Origin: Octopus bimaculoides
Taxonomy: Eukaryota
DNA length: 57,114 nt
Direction: 5' to 3'
Assembly: GCF_001194135.2 (NCBI RefSeq)
Contig: NC_068988.1
Coordinates: 53,783,386-53,840,499, forward strand
Part shown: positions 25,151-36,535 of the stretch, piece by piece
Layout of the letters: each line of letters begins with the position of its first letter
How positions within the stretch are numbered: the stretch's first letter is position 1
Notes under the pieces: model-generated
Databases searched by the model: none
Seen by the model: the letters and a program-made list of their open reading frames with translations, nothing else
Told to the model about the DNA's origin: nothing
Position numbers and translations under genes: made by a program

Positions 25151-27877
25151 ATCTTTATTCTGTGTTGGAATTCTGCCAAGTTGACTCGGCCATTCTTTAA
25201 TTCTCTAGCCTTGTTAACATACCTATGTTGTAGTTGATTCAATTGACTGGCTTAATTTGTCACCCAGCTTAACGAGTAGCTCTTGAGTATCTTTTAACGG
25301 AGTTAACTCTGTTGCAAGTATTCTAGCCTAATGTCTGGTCTGAGGATAACTCACCTCATCCCATCAGTGAGAAGGCTTGAAAAATCAGTAAAAGGAAATG
25401 ATAATGGTTTTAATTTTGGCACAATGCCAGCTAGTTCGGGGAAGGGGAGAAGTTGATTACATCAACCCCAGTGTTCAACTGGTGCTTATTTTATTGACCC
25501 CAAAAAAGGATGAAAGCCAAAGTCAACCTTGGTGGAATTTGAAGCATCCTGCCAACTCGCTGCCTTATATAATAATAATAATAATCCTGTCTACTACATA
25601 CACGTGGTCTAAAATTTTGGGGGAGGGGACTAATTGATTACATCAACCTCAGTGTCTCACTGGTACTTAATTTATGGAAAGGATGAAAGGCAAAGTTGAC
25701 CTAGGTGGAATTTGAACTCGGTGTGCTAACAGTTCTGCCAGCTTGCTACCTTAATGATAACAATAATAATGATAAAGAAAAGAAAGTAATTCTTCAGTCT
25801 TTCTCTCTTTTCCTCTTCAATATCAATTGTTTGTTTATTTTTTACTTGTTTTGGTCAGTCATCTGTGGCCATTCTGGGACACCACCTGGAAGGGTTTTAA
25901 TACTTATTNNNNNNNNNNNNNNNNNNNNNNNNNNNNNNNNNNNNNNNNNNNNNNNNNNNNNNNNNNNNNNNNNNNNNNNNNNNNNNNNNNNNNNNNNNNN
26001 NNNNNNNNNNNNNNNNNNNNNNNNNNNNNNNNNNNNNNNNNNNNNNNNNNNNNNNNNNNNNNNNNNNNNNNNNNNNNNNNNNNNNNNNNNNNNNNNNNNN
26101 NNNNNNNNNNNNNNNNNNNNNNNNNNNNNNNNNNNNNNNNNNNNNNNNNNNNNNNNNNNNNNNNNNNNNNNNNNNNNNNNNNNNNNNNNNNNNNNNNNNN
26201 NNNNNNNNNNNNNNNNNNNNNNNNNNNNNNNNNNNNNNNNNNNNNNNNNNNNNNNNNNNNNNNNNNNNNNNNNNNNNNNNNNNNNNNNNNNNNNNNNNNN
26301 NNNNNNNNNNNNNNNNNNNNNNNNNNNNNNNNNNNNNNNNNNNNNNNNNNNNNNNNNNNNNNNNNNNNNNNNNNNNNNNNNNNNNNNNNNNNNNNNNNNN
26401 NNNNNNNNNNNNNNNNNNNNNNNNNNNNNNNNNNNNNNNNNNNNNNNNNNNNNNNTCTCTCTCTCTCTCTCTCTCTCTTCTTTTACTTGTTTCTCCAAAT
26501 CTAGAGAATCTATTTAGAATAGATGCAAGCGCTAATTTATAAAAACATGTGACATATTAATAAAAATCTGTAAATGTACAACCATCCAGATATCTGAGTA
26601 CCTTGCTATTTTTTCTAATATATAATTCCTGTACATCACCTCCAAACCTTCTAATAGGTTTTACCGATAAAGGTTTTTTCATACTGAACGACTTGGCAAA
26701 ATTGTTAATTATTAATTCTATTATTAATTGACGATTCCCTGCCCTTATTCTTGTATATATATATATAGATATATATATATATATATATATATAATCAATC
26801 GCTCTTGCTCTTTCATACATAGTCTCTTTAGGATTATTAAATTTTTGTTTTTAAGACTTGTCTTGTAATTTGAGATATTTTGCTGCTATTTCTAGTAGCT
26901 TCAACGACTCCCGTAGAAGCTCTCTTACTGGCTTTCTTTAGGTTACGAGGTCATCTGCTTGTTTGGAGTGTGTAACCTCTAACTAACATAAACTCGAGCT
27001 TATGATTTCGAGCGAGGAAAATCGGCAGGTTTAACCTTCGAAATGACGTAAATGAAACTGGATTCAGAGGGAAATTGAAATGAAAGTCTTTTTATGATCT
27101 CTTTTTACCATGATATGAGCGCCTCCCGTCCTCGCTTTTAATTTAGTTTTCAAGGGGAGGAGGGAGAATTCAGTGGATTTTCTTTGTTTGTTAGTACTTA
27201 TTTTATTGACCTCTCCTGAGGTGGGGTGGGGGAATCTACACCCAGAACACTGGGGTAGAGAGCGCTGAACATTAAATATTGTGAAACAGGGTCCTCGGCT
27301 CTCTCACAAAACGGAACATCGGTGTTGCTTTCCGATCATTTCGTAAAACGCCTTCGAATATATATATTCTTTCTACTACAGGCACAAAGCCGGAAATCTT
27401 GCGGGCAGAGGTAGTCGATTACGGTGCTCAACTGGTATTTTATTGACTTCTAAAGGATGAAAGGCAAAGTTTACCTCAGCAGAATTTGAACTCGGGAACA
27501 TAATAATAAACAAAAATCCGATAAGCATTTTATTTCAGAATTTGTTGTTGATAGTAGAAACAGTTATTATTTCAAATTTTGCTTTGGAAACATCATCCAG
27601 TGTTTTAGAGAGAGAGAGGAGAGGAGGACTTCACTGTTTTCCTTTTTATCCTTGCCTCCTGCACCAATCCTTTAATGTCTCACTGTCTGACTGTTTGATT
27701 GTAAAAGCCGGAAGAGAACTCTGTAACTCGATACACAACTTTTGAAATGATGTTCGTGATACATGAGTATGTTTTATTTTAAGTATTTTGTATATTTTTA
27801 TATGCCCCCCCCCCACCAAACCACACTTTTTATTCTATTTTATTTTCATAAACATATAAACGTATTTTAGAACATTG

Positions 27878-28525
27878 GGATCTTGTTCAAAACGGGGGCA
27901 CCAGTTTTCATTAATGTTTTATGTAGTGCTTTTGGTACCGAAAGACTTTCAAACTTCGTATACTTATCTATTTTGTGTTATAGAACAGAAAAAAAAATTT
28001 GTATTCGGATTTATTTCATGTAAAAAATTGTCTTATTTCGATAATTTCAACCAATCACTGACAAGTAATCAGCTGTTTACAGTTACTCCTAAGCGGTGTA
28101 AAGCGTATTTAATCTCCATTACTTCTGACATTTTGCAGAGGCAACATACGTGTGTTCGTTTTCCCCAACCCTAACCGACTTGCTCCTTCCCTCAAAAATC
28201 ATGCCTTGCGCCTATAATAGAAAGGTTTATTAGCTACTGCCAATATGCTTCAGCCATTTTTTGACAAGGAAATAATAATTTTATCACCGCCGCGAATCGT
28301 TTGTTTACGTAGTCAGCACTTGATTTTTACGGCTTGAATGGACGTCAGTCATTGGTTGAAATTACAGAAATACGACAACTTTAACATGAAATAACTTGCG
28401 ATGTACGTTTTTTTGTTAAGAAGACTAAGAGAAAAAGATGTTTTATATGACACATTCTACCAGTGTCCCAAGTTTCAAAGTGTTTCGTTAAGAAAATACT
28501 GGTGCCCCCGTTTTGAACAAGATCC
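27878..28525. mobile_element. Non-autonomous DNA transposon (MITE), Merlin-like, 648 bp
   Basis: Perfect 28-bp TIR GGATCTTGTTCAAAACGGGGGCACCAGT and 8-bp TSD GAACATTG (27870-27877 and 28526-28533). GG termini with an 8-bp TSD fit the Merlin/IS1016 superfamily. Confidence 0.85.
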
Positions 28526-28879
28526 GAACATTGTCATTTTATAAGATTTTGCTGGAAAAATTTTAAATTAGCATAAACATTTCTTTTTTATGTCTATATA
28601 ACTGGGGTTTTTTTTCCTTCAATACTTGTGTATTTCTTTTTAAATGACAAAATTAAGGGCCATCTGGCTTACTTTATATTTATTCCTGATAGTTATCAAA
28701 TAATAAAGAAGTTTAACGTGTGGGTGGTTGACACAATCTGAGAGGATTAGAATATGTTAATAGAAAAGGTTCTCTATCTGTAAATGTTCCATAAATAAAG
28801 AAATCTCTATGTCTCTCCTTCTTTCTAACAATTATTATTAATAATATAGGATATTGGTGATAAAGTAAATTTCCTGCGA

Positions 28880-29060
28880 ATGAGGTTGCGACTCGGTTTT
28901 CGTACACAACGAACGATTCAAGGCATTTGATTCCCCCGTTGAATGACTTGAGCAACGTCATAGCTTCCTGTCTCCGACCTTGGAAATTGAATTTAAGAGA
29001 AGTCAATTAAGAGCAGAGGTAAACTTCCAGTGAACCGTGTCTGGGACTCGGTTTCGATTT
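28880..29060. promoter_or_regulatory. CpG-rich regulatory segment with CRE half-site and ETS-like site
   Basis: ACGTCA next to CTTCCTGT, and a donor-like GCAGAG|GTAAAC at ~29019. Confidence 0.3.
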
Positions 29061-29559
29061 TTCGTTTTAGTTGATTATGTTGGTTTATTATGACCATGTG
29101 GATAAGTCATTCATCTCGACTATTATCGTTTTTTTGTGAAATGAGTTATCATATATTTTTAATTTTTAAAAATCTTTTTACTTGTTTCAGTCATGCTGGG
29201 GCACAGCCTTGAATTTTTAGTCGAACGAATCAAACCCAGTTCTTAATTCTTTAAAGGCTGATACTTATTCTGTCGGTATCTTTGCTGAACTGCTAAATTA
29301 AGCAAACCAACACCAGTTGTCAAGCGGTAGTGGGGGACAAACATAGATACAAAGAAATACACACAAGTACTTAGACTTGTAGGAAATGTGATGTGCACTC
29401 GCTGGGTGCTTCACATTTCCTTACAATGTTCATGGAAAGAAGACACGAAGACAAGATCTCTCTAAACAAATAACAAAGAGTATTTTATTTGGGCTGCATG
29501 TATGTACATCTCGTCTCTGGTGGAGCTGGTTGCAGTTGCGTCCTGCTTGGTCAACAGCC

Positions 29560-29710
29560 GGGGCCGAAAAAGAGTGAATTATGGTCAAGCCTAAAAGCTG
29601 ACGATGATTGCGCATGCGCCTCACAGGACTTCCGGTGGGCAAGTCCCCCCGCACATGCGCAATGGCACTTCCCAAAATCACAGCCAATCCGCGCCGTTAC
29701 TACAGACTCA
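29560..29710. promoter_or_regulatory. Housekeeping-type core promoter (NRF1/ETS/CCAAT cluster)
   Basis: TGCGCATGCGC (29609-29619) and GCACATGCGCA (29651-29661) match NRF1/EWG. ACTTCCGGT (29628-29636) matches ETS/GABP. AGCCAATC (29682-29689) matches NF-Y. Confidence 0.75.
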
Positions 29711-30204
29711 TGTATTACCGACAAGCAGAGCATCCAACTTAGAGTAGTCAACAATCAGAACACTCACAATACAATGACAAGAAAGGCACATTTGTGTGTC
29801 CACACACTCATGCACATAGACACATATTAACACGTACATATAACAAATATACATACACACATCTGTCCTTGTATTCATTCTTCTATCCTAAAACACCCTA
29901 TTTAATCCACCAACCATTTCTGGTCAATCAACAGCCAGCATATAGACTAACTGGACATGACTGTTTTCGCCTGGAGTGCATATTTTAATTTTTTTTTTCT
30001 AGTTTCTTATCATTTTTACCTGTCATTTTTCACTGACTACGAACAGCCCTCACTTAATAAATTGACCATATTTCATATTTCCTTAGCAGTGCTGGGTTTT
30101 CTTCTAGTGTGTGCATGCATACATGCATGTGTGCATTTTATGTTTGTATCCTCATGTAAGTATATATGTGTGTGCATGAAAGTATATAGATGTGTGTATA
30201 TATA

Positions 30205-30240
<36 letters not shown>

Positions 30241-30243
<3 letters not shown>

Positions 30244-30470
30244 ATAATGTGTCAATTCACTGCAGCTGTTTCCAACGAATTTTTAATTGATTAATGGAGA
30301 CATTACATCACTAGTCAAAACCATTTTCATTGGGTGAACACATGAACTACAATATTCAAAAACCGATGGCATGTGCACCTGTTGAAATGGATTTTTTTAA
30401 TAATGTAATGTCACCATTAATCAATTAAAAATTTGTTGGAAACAATTGTAGTGAATTGACACATTATCCA
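30241..30470. mobile_element. Foldback MITE (~230 bp, ~100-bp imperfect inverted arms)
   Basis: TGGATAATGTGTCAATTCAC...CATTACAT pairs with ATGTAATG...GTGAATTGACACATTATCCA. Confidence 0.8.
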
Positions 30471-30959
30471 TCTTTTGTTATTTGTTTATTTATTTGTTAT
30501 GGACTATACATTTAGTGCAATGTGTGTTTCTTGATTAGCCTCATTCTTAGTTGGGTACAGTTAATCGTATACATAACCAGAATATCTTTCTGCCTGTACT
30601 TAAGTACCTGTGTATGTATTCGTCTACTTTTGTTATGTACACATTTTACTTTTTGTCCTAACCTGGTGCCTTACCATTTAAGTGCCTGATTCGCTTGAAT
30701 CTTGATCTATTTATCAGCATCATTTAACGTCCACTCTCCAGCTGGTATGGGTTATATATATATATATATATATATAGCTGATGAAGGAAATGTTCTCTAT
30801 ATGGCCTGTGTGTTTTTTGTACCTTGTTTATCATTTTGTCCATGTTTTTTTTGTAACGTCATGTACCCTGATATGCATCTAAATATACATGTAGATGAAG
30901 GTATGTACATGTACATGTATATGCATATACTCATGTATTATTTGGACTCTCACTCAGAG

Positions 30960-31486
30960 TAAAAGGCTGACTGTAATGACGCATGTGTACGAACAGCCAT
31001 GCTACATGGCAGTGAAACATGGGCTGTGACTGCTGAGGACATGCGTAAGCTCGCAAGGAATGAAGCCAGTATGCCCCGCTGGATGTGTAATGTAAATGTG
31101 CATACCCATCAGAGTGTAAGTATCTTGAGAGAAAAGCTGAACATAAGAAGCATCAGTTGTGGTGTGCAAGAGAGACGATTGCGCTGGTATGGACATGTGG
31201 TGAGAATGGATGAGGATAGCTGCGTGAAAAAGTGCCACACCCTAACAGTTGAGGTAGGCCCAGGAAGACCTGGGCTGAGGTGGTAAGGCAAGACATTCGA
31301 ACATTGGGCCTCACCAAGGCGATGACTACTGACCGAGACCTTTGGAAATGTGCTGTGCGTGAGAAGACCCGGCAAGCCAAGTGAGATCGTTGCCAGGGCC
31401 CCTGGACTGGCTCTTGTGCGGGTGGCACATAAGATGTACCATCCTGAGCGTGACCGTTGCCAGTACCGCCTGACTGGCCTTGTAGG
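30960..31486 (+). mobile_element. 5'-truncated RTE-clade LINE (ORF C-terminus + 3'UTR)
   Basis: LYDACVRTAMLHGSETW, RERRLRWYGHV, GRPRKTW. These are the typical RTE C-terminal motifs. Confidence 0.9.
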
Positions 31487-32919
31487 NNNNNNNNNNNNNN
31501 NNNNNNNNNNNNNNNNNNNNNNNNNNNNNNNNNNNNNNNNNNNNNNNNNNNNNNNNNNNNNNNNNNNNNNNNNNNNNNNNNNNNNNNNNNNNNNNNNNNN
31601 NNNNNNNNNNNNNNNNNNNNNNNNNNNNNNNNNNNNNNNNNNNNNNNNNNNNNNNNNNNNNNNNNNNNNNNNNNNNNNNNNNNNNNNNNNNNNNNNNNNN
31701 NNNNNNNNNNNNNNNNNNNNNNNNNNNNNNNNNNNNNNNNNNNNNNNNNNNNNNNNNNNNNNNNNNNNNNNNNNNNNNNNNNNNNNNNNNNNNNNNNNNN
31801 NNNNNNNNNNNNNNNNNNNNNNNNNNNNNNNNNNNNNNNNNNNNNNNNNNNNNNNNNNNNNNNNNNNNNNNNNNNNNNNNNNNNNNNNNNNNNNNNNNNN
31901 NNNNNNNNNNNNNNNNNNNNNNNNNNNNNNNNNNNNNNNNNNNNNNNNNNNNNNNNNNNNNNNNNNNNNNNNNNNNNNNNNNNNNNNNNNNNNNATATAT
32001 ATATATATATATATATACATACACACACACACTCAGTGATGCAGTGTTTGTATCCATGTGCAGCCTTAAGACTTGTATATTCATTTGGCTCTTTGTGATT
32101 GTACTTGCAACTGGAATATAAATCCATGTTTGCTTTGGTATGTATGTATATGTTCCTCAAATTTTGTTTAGTATGTGATAAGGTTTTCACTAACCGGACA
32201 TTGGTGCTTTACTATTTAAGGATCTGATTCACTTGAATCCTGAACTTTTCTTTATATATGTTTGTGTGTGTCTGTCTGTGTTTGTCTCCCACCACTGCTT
32301 GACAACTGGTGCTGGTATGTTAACGTCTCCATAACTTAGTGATTCAGCAAAAAGAGGCTGATACAATATGTACCAGGCATAAACTTAAAATAAGTCTTGG
32401 GGTTGATTCATCCAACTAAAATTCCTCAAGGTGGTGCTCCAGCATGGTTACAGTTTGATGATTGAAGCAAGTAAAAGATAAAAGGTTTATGTGTGTATGT
32501 ATATAAGTCTGTACATCTATACGTATGTGTGTATGTATGAAATACATGCATTGAGTTGTTTTGCATAGCTGCCTTCTCCTTTCTCCTTTTCCAGCTGGTC
32601 CTTGTTACATAAAAGCTTCATTTGTTCCACCCAAGTGTTCCTCTTCACACTACAATCTGCTAGCTACCCCCTCTGCCTTCATCTGTGTCTTTATGTGACC
32701 TTCATTTACTATTCAAAGGAACACTCGGAGTAATGGTATTCATTTCACACCTTATTAGTTTTTATAGTGCTCCCATCTGTGTATGTTGTGTTCTGATACA
32801 CATGAACTATTAAATTGTTTCTTTTTTTTTGCATGGCGAAATGTGGTAAATTCATAATTTTGCGTGTGTCCCCTTTCTGTATACAATACACAACATATAC
32901 CTTCTGTATCTTCTTTTGC

Positions 32920-33096
32920 TTGTTTCAGTTATTGGACTGTAACCATTCTAGGGCACCCCCTTTGAAAGGTCTAAGCCAAATGAATCAAACCCTGTACTTA
33001 TTTTTCAAAGCCTGGTACTTATTTTACCGGTGTCTCTTTTGCCGAACCACTAAGTTATGGGATGTAACAAACCAATACCAGTCGTCAAGTGGTAAT

Positions 33097-33166
<70 letters not shown>

Positions 33167-33215
33167 GTTTCCATCTACCAAATTGACTCAAGGCTTTGGT
33201 CAGCCTAAGTCTATA
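32920..33215 (-). mobile_element. SINE family B fragment with (CA)n
   Basis: Reverse-complement tail and the GTTTCCATCTACCAAATT core. Confidence 0.75.
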
Positions 33216-36200
33216 GTAGAAAGGATTCTTATTATTATATACATACCTACCTACCTACATTTATATAGCATGCAAACATGGCTATGTGGTAAGAAGCTTG
33301 CTGTCACTATTAATTGTGTGTGTGTTTCCACCACTGCTTGACAAAAGGTGTTGATTTTTGTACATCCCTGTAACTTCGCATACCAATATAATATAATAAA
33401 CTCAAAGTGGTCCCCCAGCATGGTCACAGTCCAATGATTGAAACCAGTAAAAGATACATACATATATTCATATGTATAACCAATTCAATCTTCCTTTCCA
33501 TTCTGTGTACTTACTTTGTATCTGTTAATCTTTCTCTTTGCTTCTGTCCTTGTTTCATTGTTTTCCCATCTCTTCAAATAATATTCAGTAGAACATCAAG
33601 TTACAAAATTTTGACTGATATTTAAACTTATCTCATTCAGGTGCTATGGTAACGACTCTAGCAGACCCTACTAATCCACCTTGCTCATGAAAAATGTGGG
33701 AAAGTATCTGTTTCATTAAGTGATTAAGATAAAAATGGTGACTGTAACATAAACCTGTTATGTATTATGGGGAAAGTAGTGAAGTTGCTAAAAGTGACAC
33801 CTAGCTGGACTAGATGTGTTATTACGCCTGTATAAGTACTTTAACTCTGCTTGCTTTGTATTTTTCATTACCATCATTTTAATGCCTTTTTCTCCCCACT
33901 AGTGGAATGACTTTCATGGTTTTACAGCATCTCTTGTACTATTTCTGTTTATCTTATTCCATTTTGACCGAGTGGTCCTACATTCAGAGTCACCTTCACC
34001 TTCATCCCATGACCTCCTTGATCTTGTATTTTTCAGATACTTCCCACTATCATCTTTGTATTATTACATGCAATACATAGGACATATTTCCTAGATGGTA
34101 CATGCATTATATATGATACACATTCTCATTTTTTTTTTCAGTCACCAGCATAACTTGGAACTTAGAAAAGACATATTTCTCAATGTATATAAAGTCTATA
34201 AACAATCATGTGCATTTAGGACAAACTTGTTAAATGCTTTTGACAAGCAAATGGTTAATATCTAGCTATCAATTTGGCTCATTTGTACTTTCTTTCATGC
34301 ATTATACATCACATACTCAAACAGATCATGTTTCTTTTGTCTCTCCAACAATTCAGTTCTTCTACATTCAGTTTCACTATTCTGTAATTTCATACCCTTT
34401 GCACCTGCTTCATGCACTCTGCCTTATACCCAAAGAGAGACTATCCCACCCTTATTTATTACACTACCTACTATAGTTATAATCATTTCAACTACCTGCA
34501 GCACTAATTATGTGGCTTAGATTGTTTATACAAGTTGTTAGGACAAATGACACTTCTCATTTGCAGTATCTCTTCAAATTCTGGAGAAATAACTTGTTTT
34601 ACTCTACAATCTTCAACTATCTAGCTGGAATTGAAGGAAATTTATTTAACTGCAGTTTTAGACAAGAGAATATTTGGTGATGTAACAATGTTAAGATTAT
34701 TAACCATCTTCTAAATAAAGGCTTTTAATGTGGTGGCCATTCTTTCTGATTGTTATTGTTCCACAATCCTAAGAGGTGGAATTGTTGTGGCCCCAGGTCA
34801 GTACTGATTAAGTTGGCATTATGATGTAAAGATTTTCAGCAATAGCTGCTCCATCATTTTGTATATAATGGACTACATTATCCAATGTGTCCTTTCTTTT
34901 TGTAAGAAAGTGGTTTGAGGGAAGTTTGTTTGCTATTTATAACAGACTGAGTAATTGTATGGAGTCCCTGTTCTTTCATATATTGGCTTGTGATGAAATG
35001 GGTAAATTTGCCAGTAATTCCACATCCTAAAAGATGCTGAAATCTTCTTAAGAAATGCAAGAAATCATATTAGTTTGAAAAATTTCAAAGGTATAAAAAG
35101 TGCAAACCATATTTGTCAGACATATGAATTGTCTCCATGCTTATTCTGTTCTGGAGGAGCTGGTCTTCTGTAATGAAATTGTAAAAGCATTCAACAAAAC
35201 AAACAATATCCAAACTATGAGTGTGATGATTGAGAGGTGGAAGAGGAAGAGGTGGTGGCAGCTAAAAAAAAAGGGGGGAGAATGTAAGAGGTGATGGAGT
35301 GGAGATATGGGAGAATCAAAAAATAGTATCAAGGGAAAGAAAAATACTTTCAAATTTTTTCATAAACTGGTGATTTCATTTTTCTTTTTTTTTATTTTGA
35401 TCAACTTTTCTTTTGACTTTCTGTTTCATGAATGTTTAAAAGAACAACAAGAAACAATGATAGCAATTGTTGTTGGTGTGTTTAAGAAAATCGGTAACAA
35501 GAGCAAAGATGAGCTCATTTCTTGCTGGTGAGCACACAATAATAATAACTGCATTTATTGTTATTCTAGAAACAACGGCAACAACAACAATAATGACTTA
35601 CAAAAAAAAACCCAAAAAAAACCCCCCTCCCAAAGAAAAGCAAAAAACATTCCCCCAAAAGAGCCAATTATTGCCTTTGAGGAAATGGTGCAATATCAAA
35701 CAGCAATTAACTTGAATGAAATGTGGCATATAACATGATCAATAAACACCGTATGTCACATCGACAAACATACAATAATAGCAAGAACAAACATTAATAG
35801 CGACAACAACAACAACAACGATCCAGTGAGTAGAAAAGAAGTAAAATGATTAAATCTAGAACAACTAACAATAAAAATCATTACCATAAAGTGGCTCCCA
35901 GTAACAACAGCTGTAATTATGAGCCAACAAGAGAATCTTATAAAAAGAAGGATATGACAGGTGTGGCTGTGTGGTAAAGAATCTGGCTTTGCAGCTGTGG
36001 TTTTGGGTTCAGTTCCACTGTGTGGCTTCTTGGGCAAGTAGTCCCAGGTTGACCAATGCTCTGTGAGTGAATTTGGTAGATGAAAACTGTTGTGTATATG
36101 TGTGTGTATCTGTATGTCTCCCCTTCCTCACACTACTTGATAACCAATATTGGTTTGTTTATGTCTCCATAGTTTATTAGTTCAGCCGAAAAAGACCAGT

Positions 36201-36229
36201 AGAAAAAGTACTAGACATAAAAATAAGTG

Positions 36230-36535
36230 GGTGCCACTTTGGCATGTGATCTATGAGGGAGATTACTGTAGAGCATACTTAACATTGTAATTGTATTTTT
36301 TCAAAATTCTTACTATTTTAATAACAAGAAAGCCATGTTTCATTTAAGTCTCAGTAAATAGTAATAAGAAATCAAGAATAATCAATACAATAATTAAAAT
36401 AAGCACATAGATCACCCACCAAATTTAATTTGCTCCTGTAGATCACACAACAAAGTTACACTAATACAAAGTAAATTAAAAAGTAACCTGAAGTAATTTC
36501 CCTTTAAATTGTAGATCACATGCCAAAGTAGCACC
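36230..36535. mobile_element. MITE with 24-bp TIR
   Basis: GGTGCCACTTTGGCATGTGATCTA / TAGATCACATGCCAAAGTAGCACC (1 mismatch). No clear TSD. Confidence 0.7.

Noticed and set aside
26557-26720. Minus-strand ORF MKKPLSVKPIRRFGGDVQELY...
   Set aside because: Short, unrecognised and without supporting flanking exons.
35100-35225. Possible C2H2 remnant (KPY..., CNEIVKAFNK)
   Set aside because: Ligand residues are missing and the resemblance is compatible with chance.
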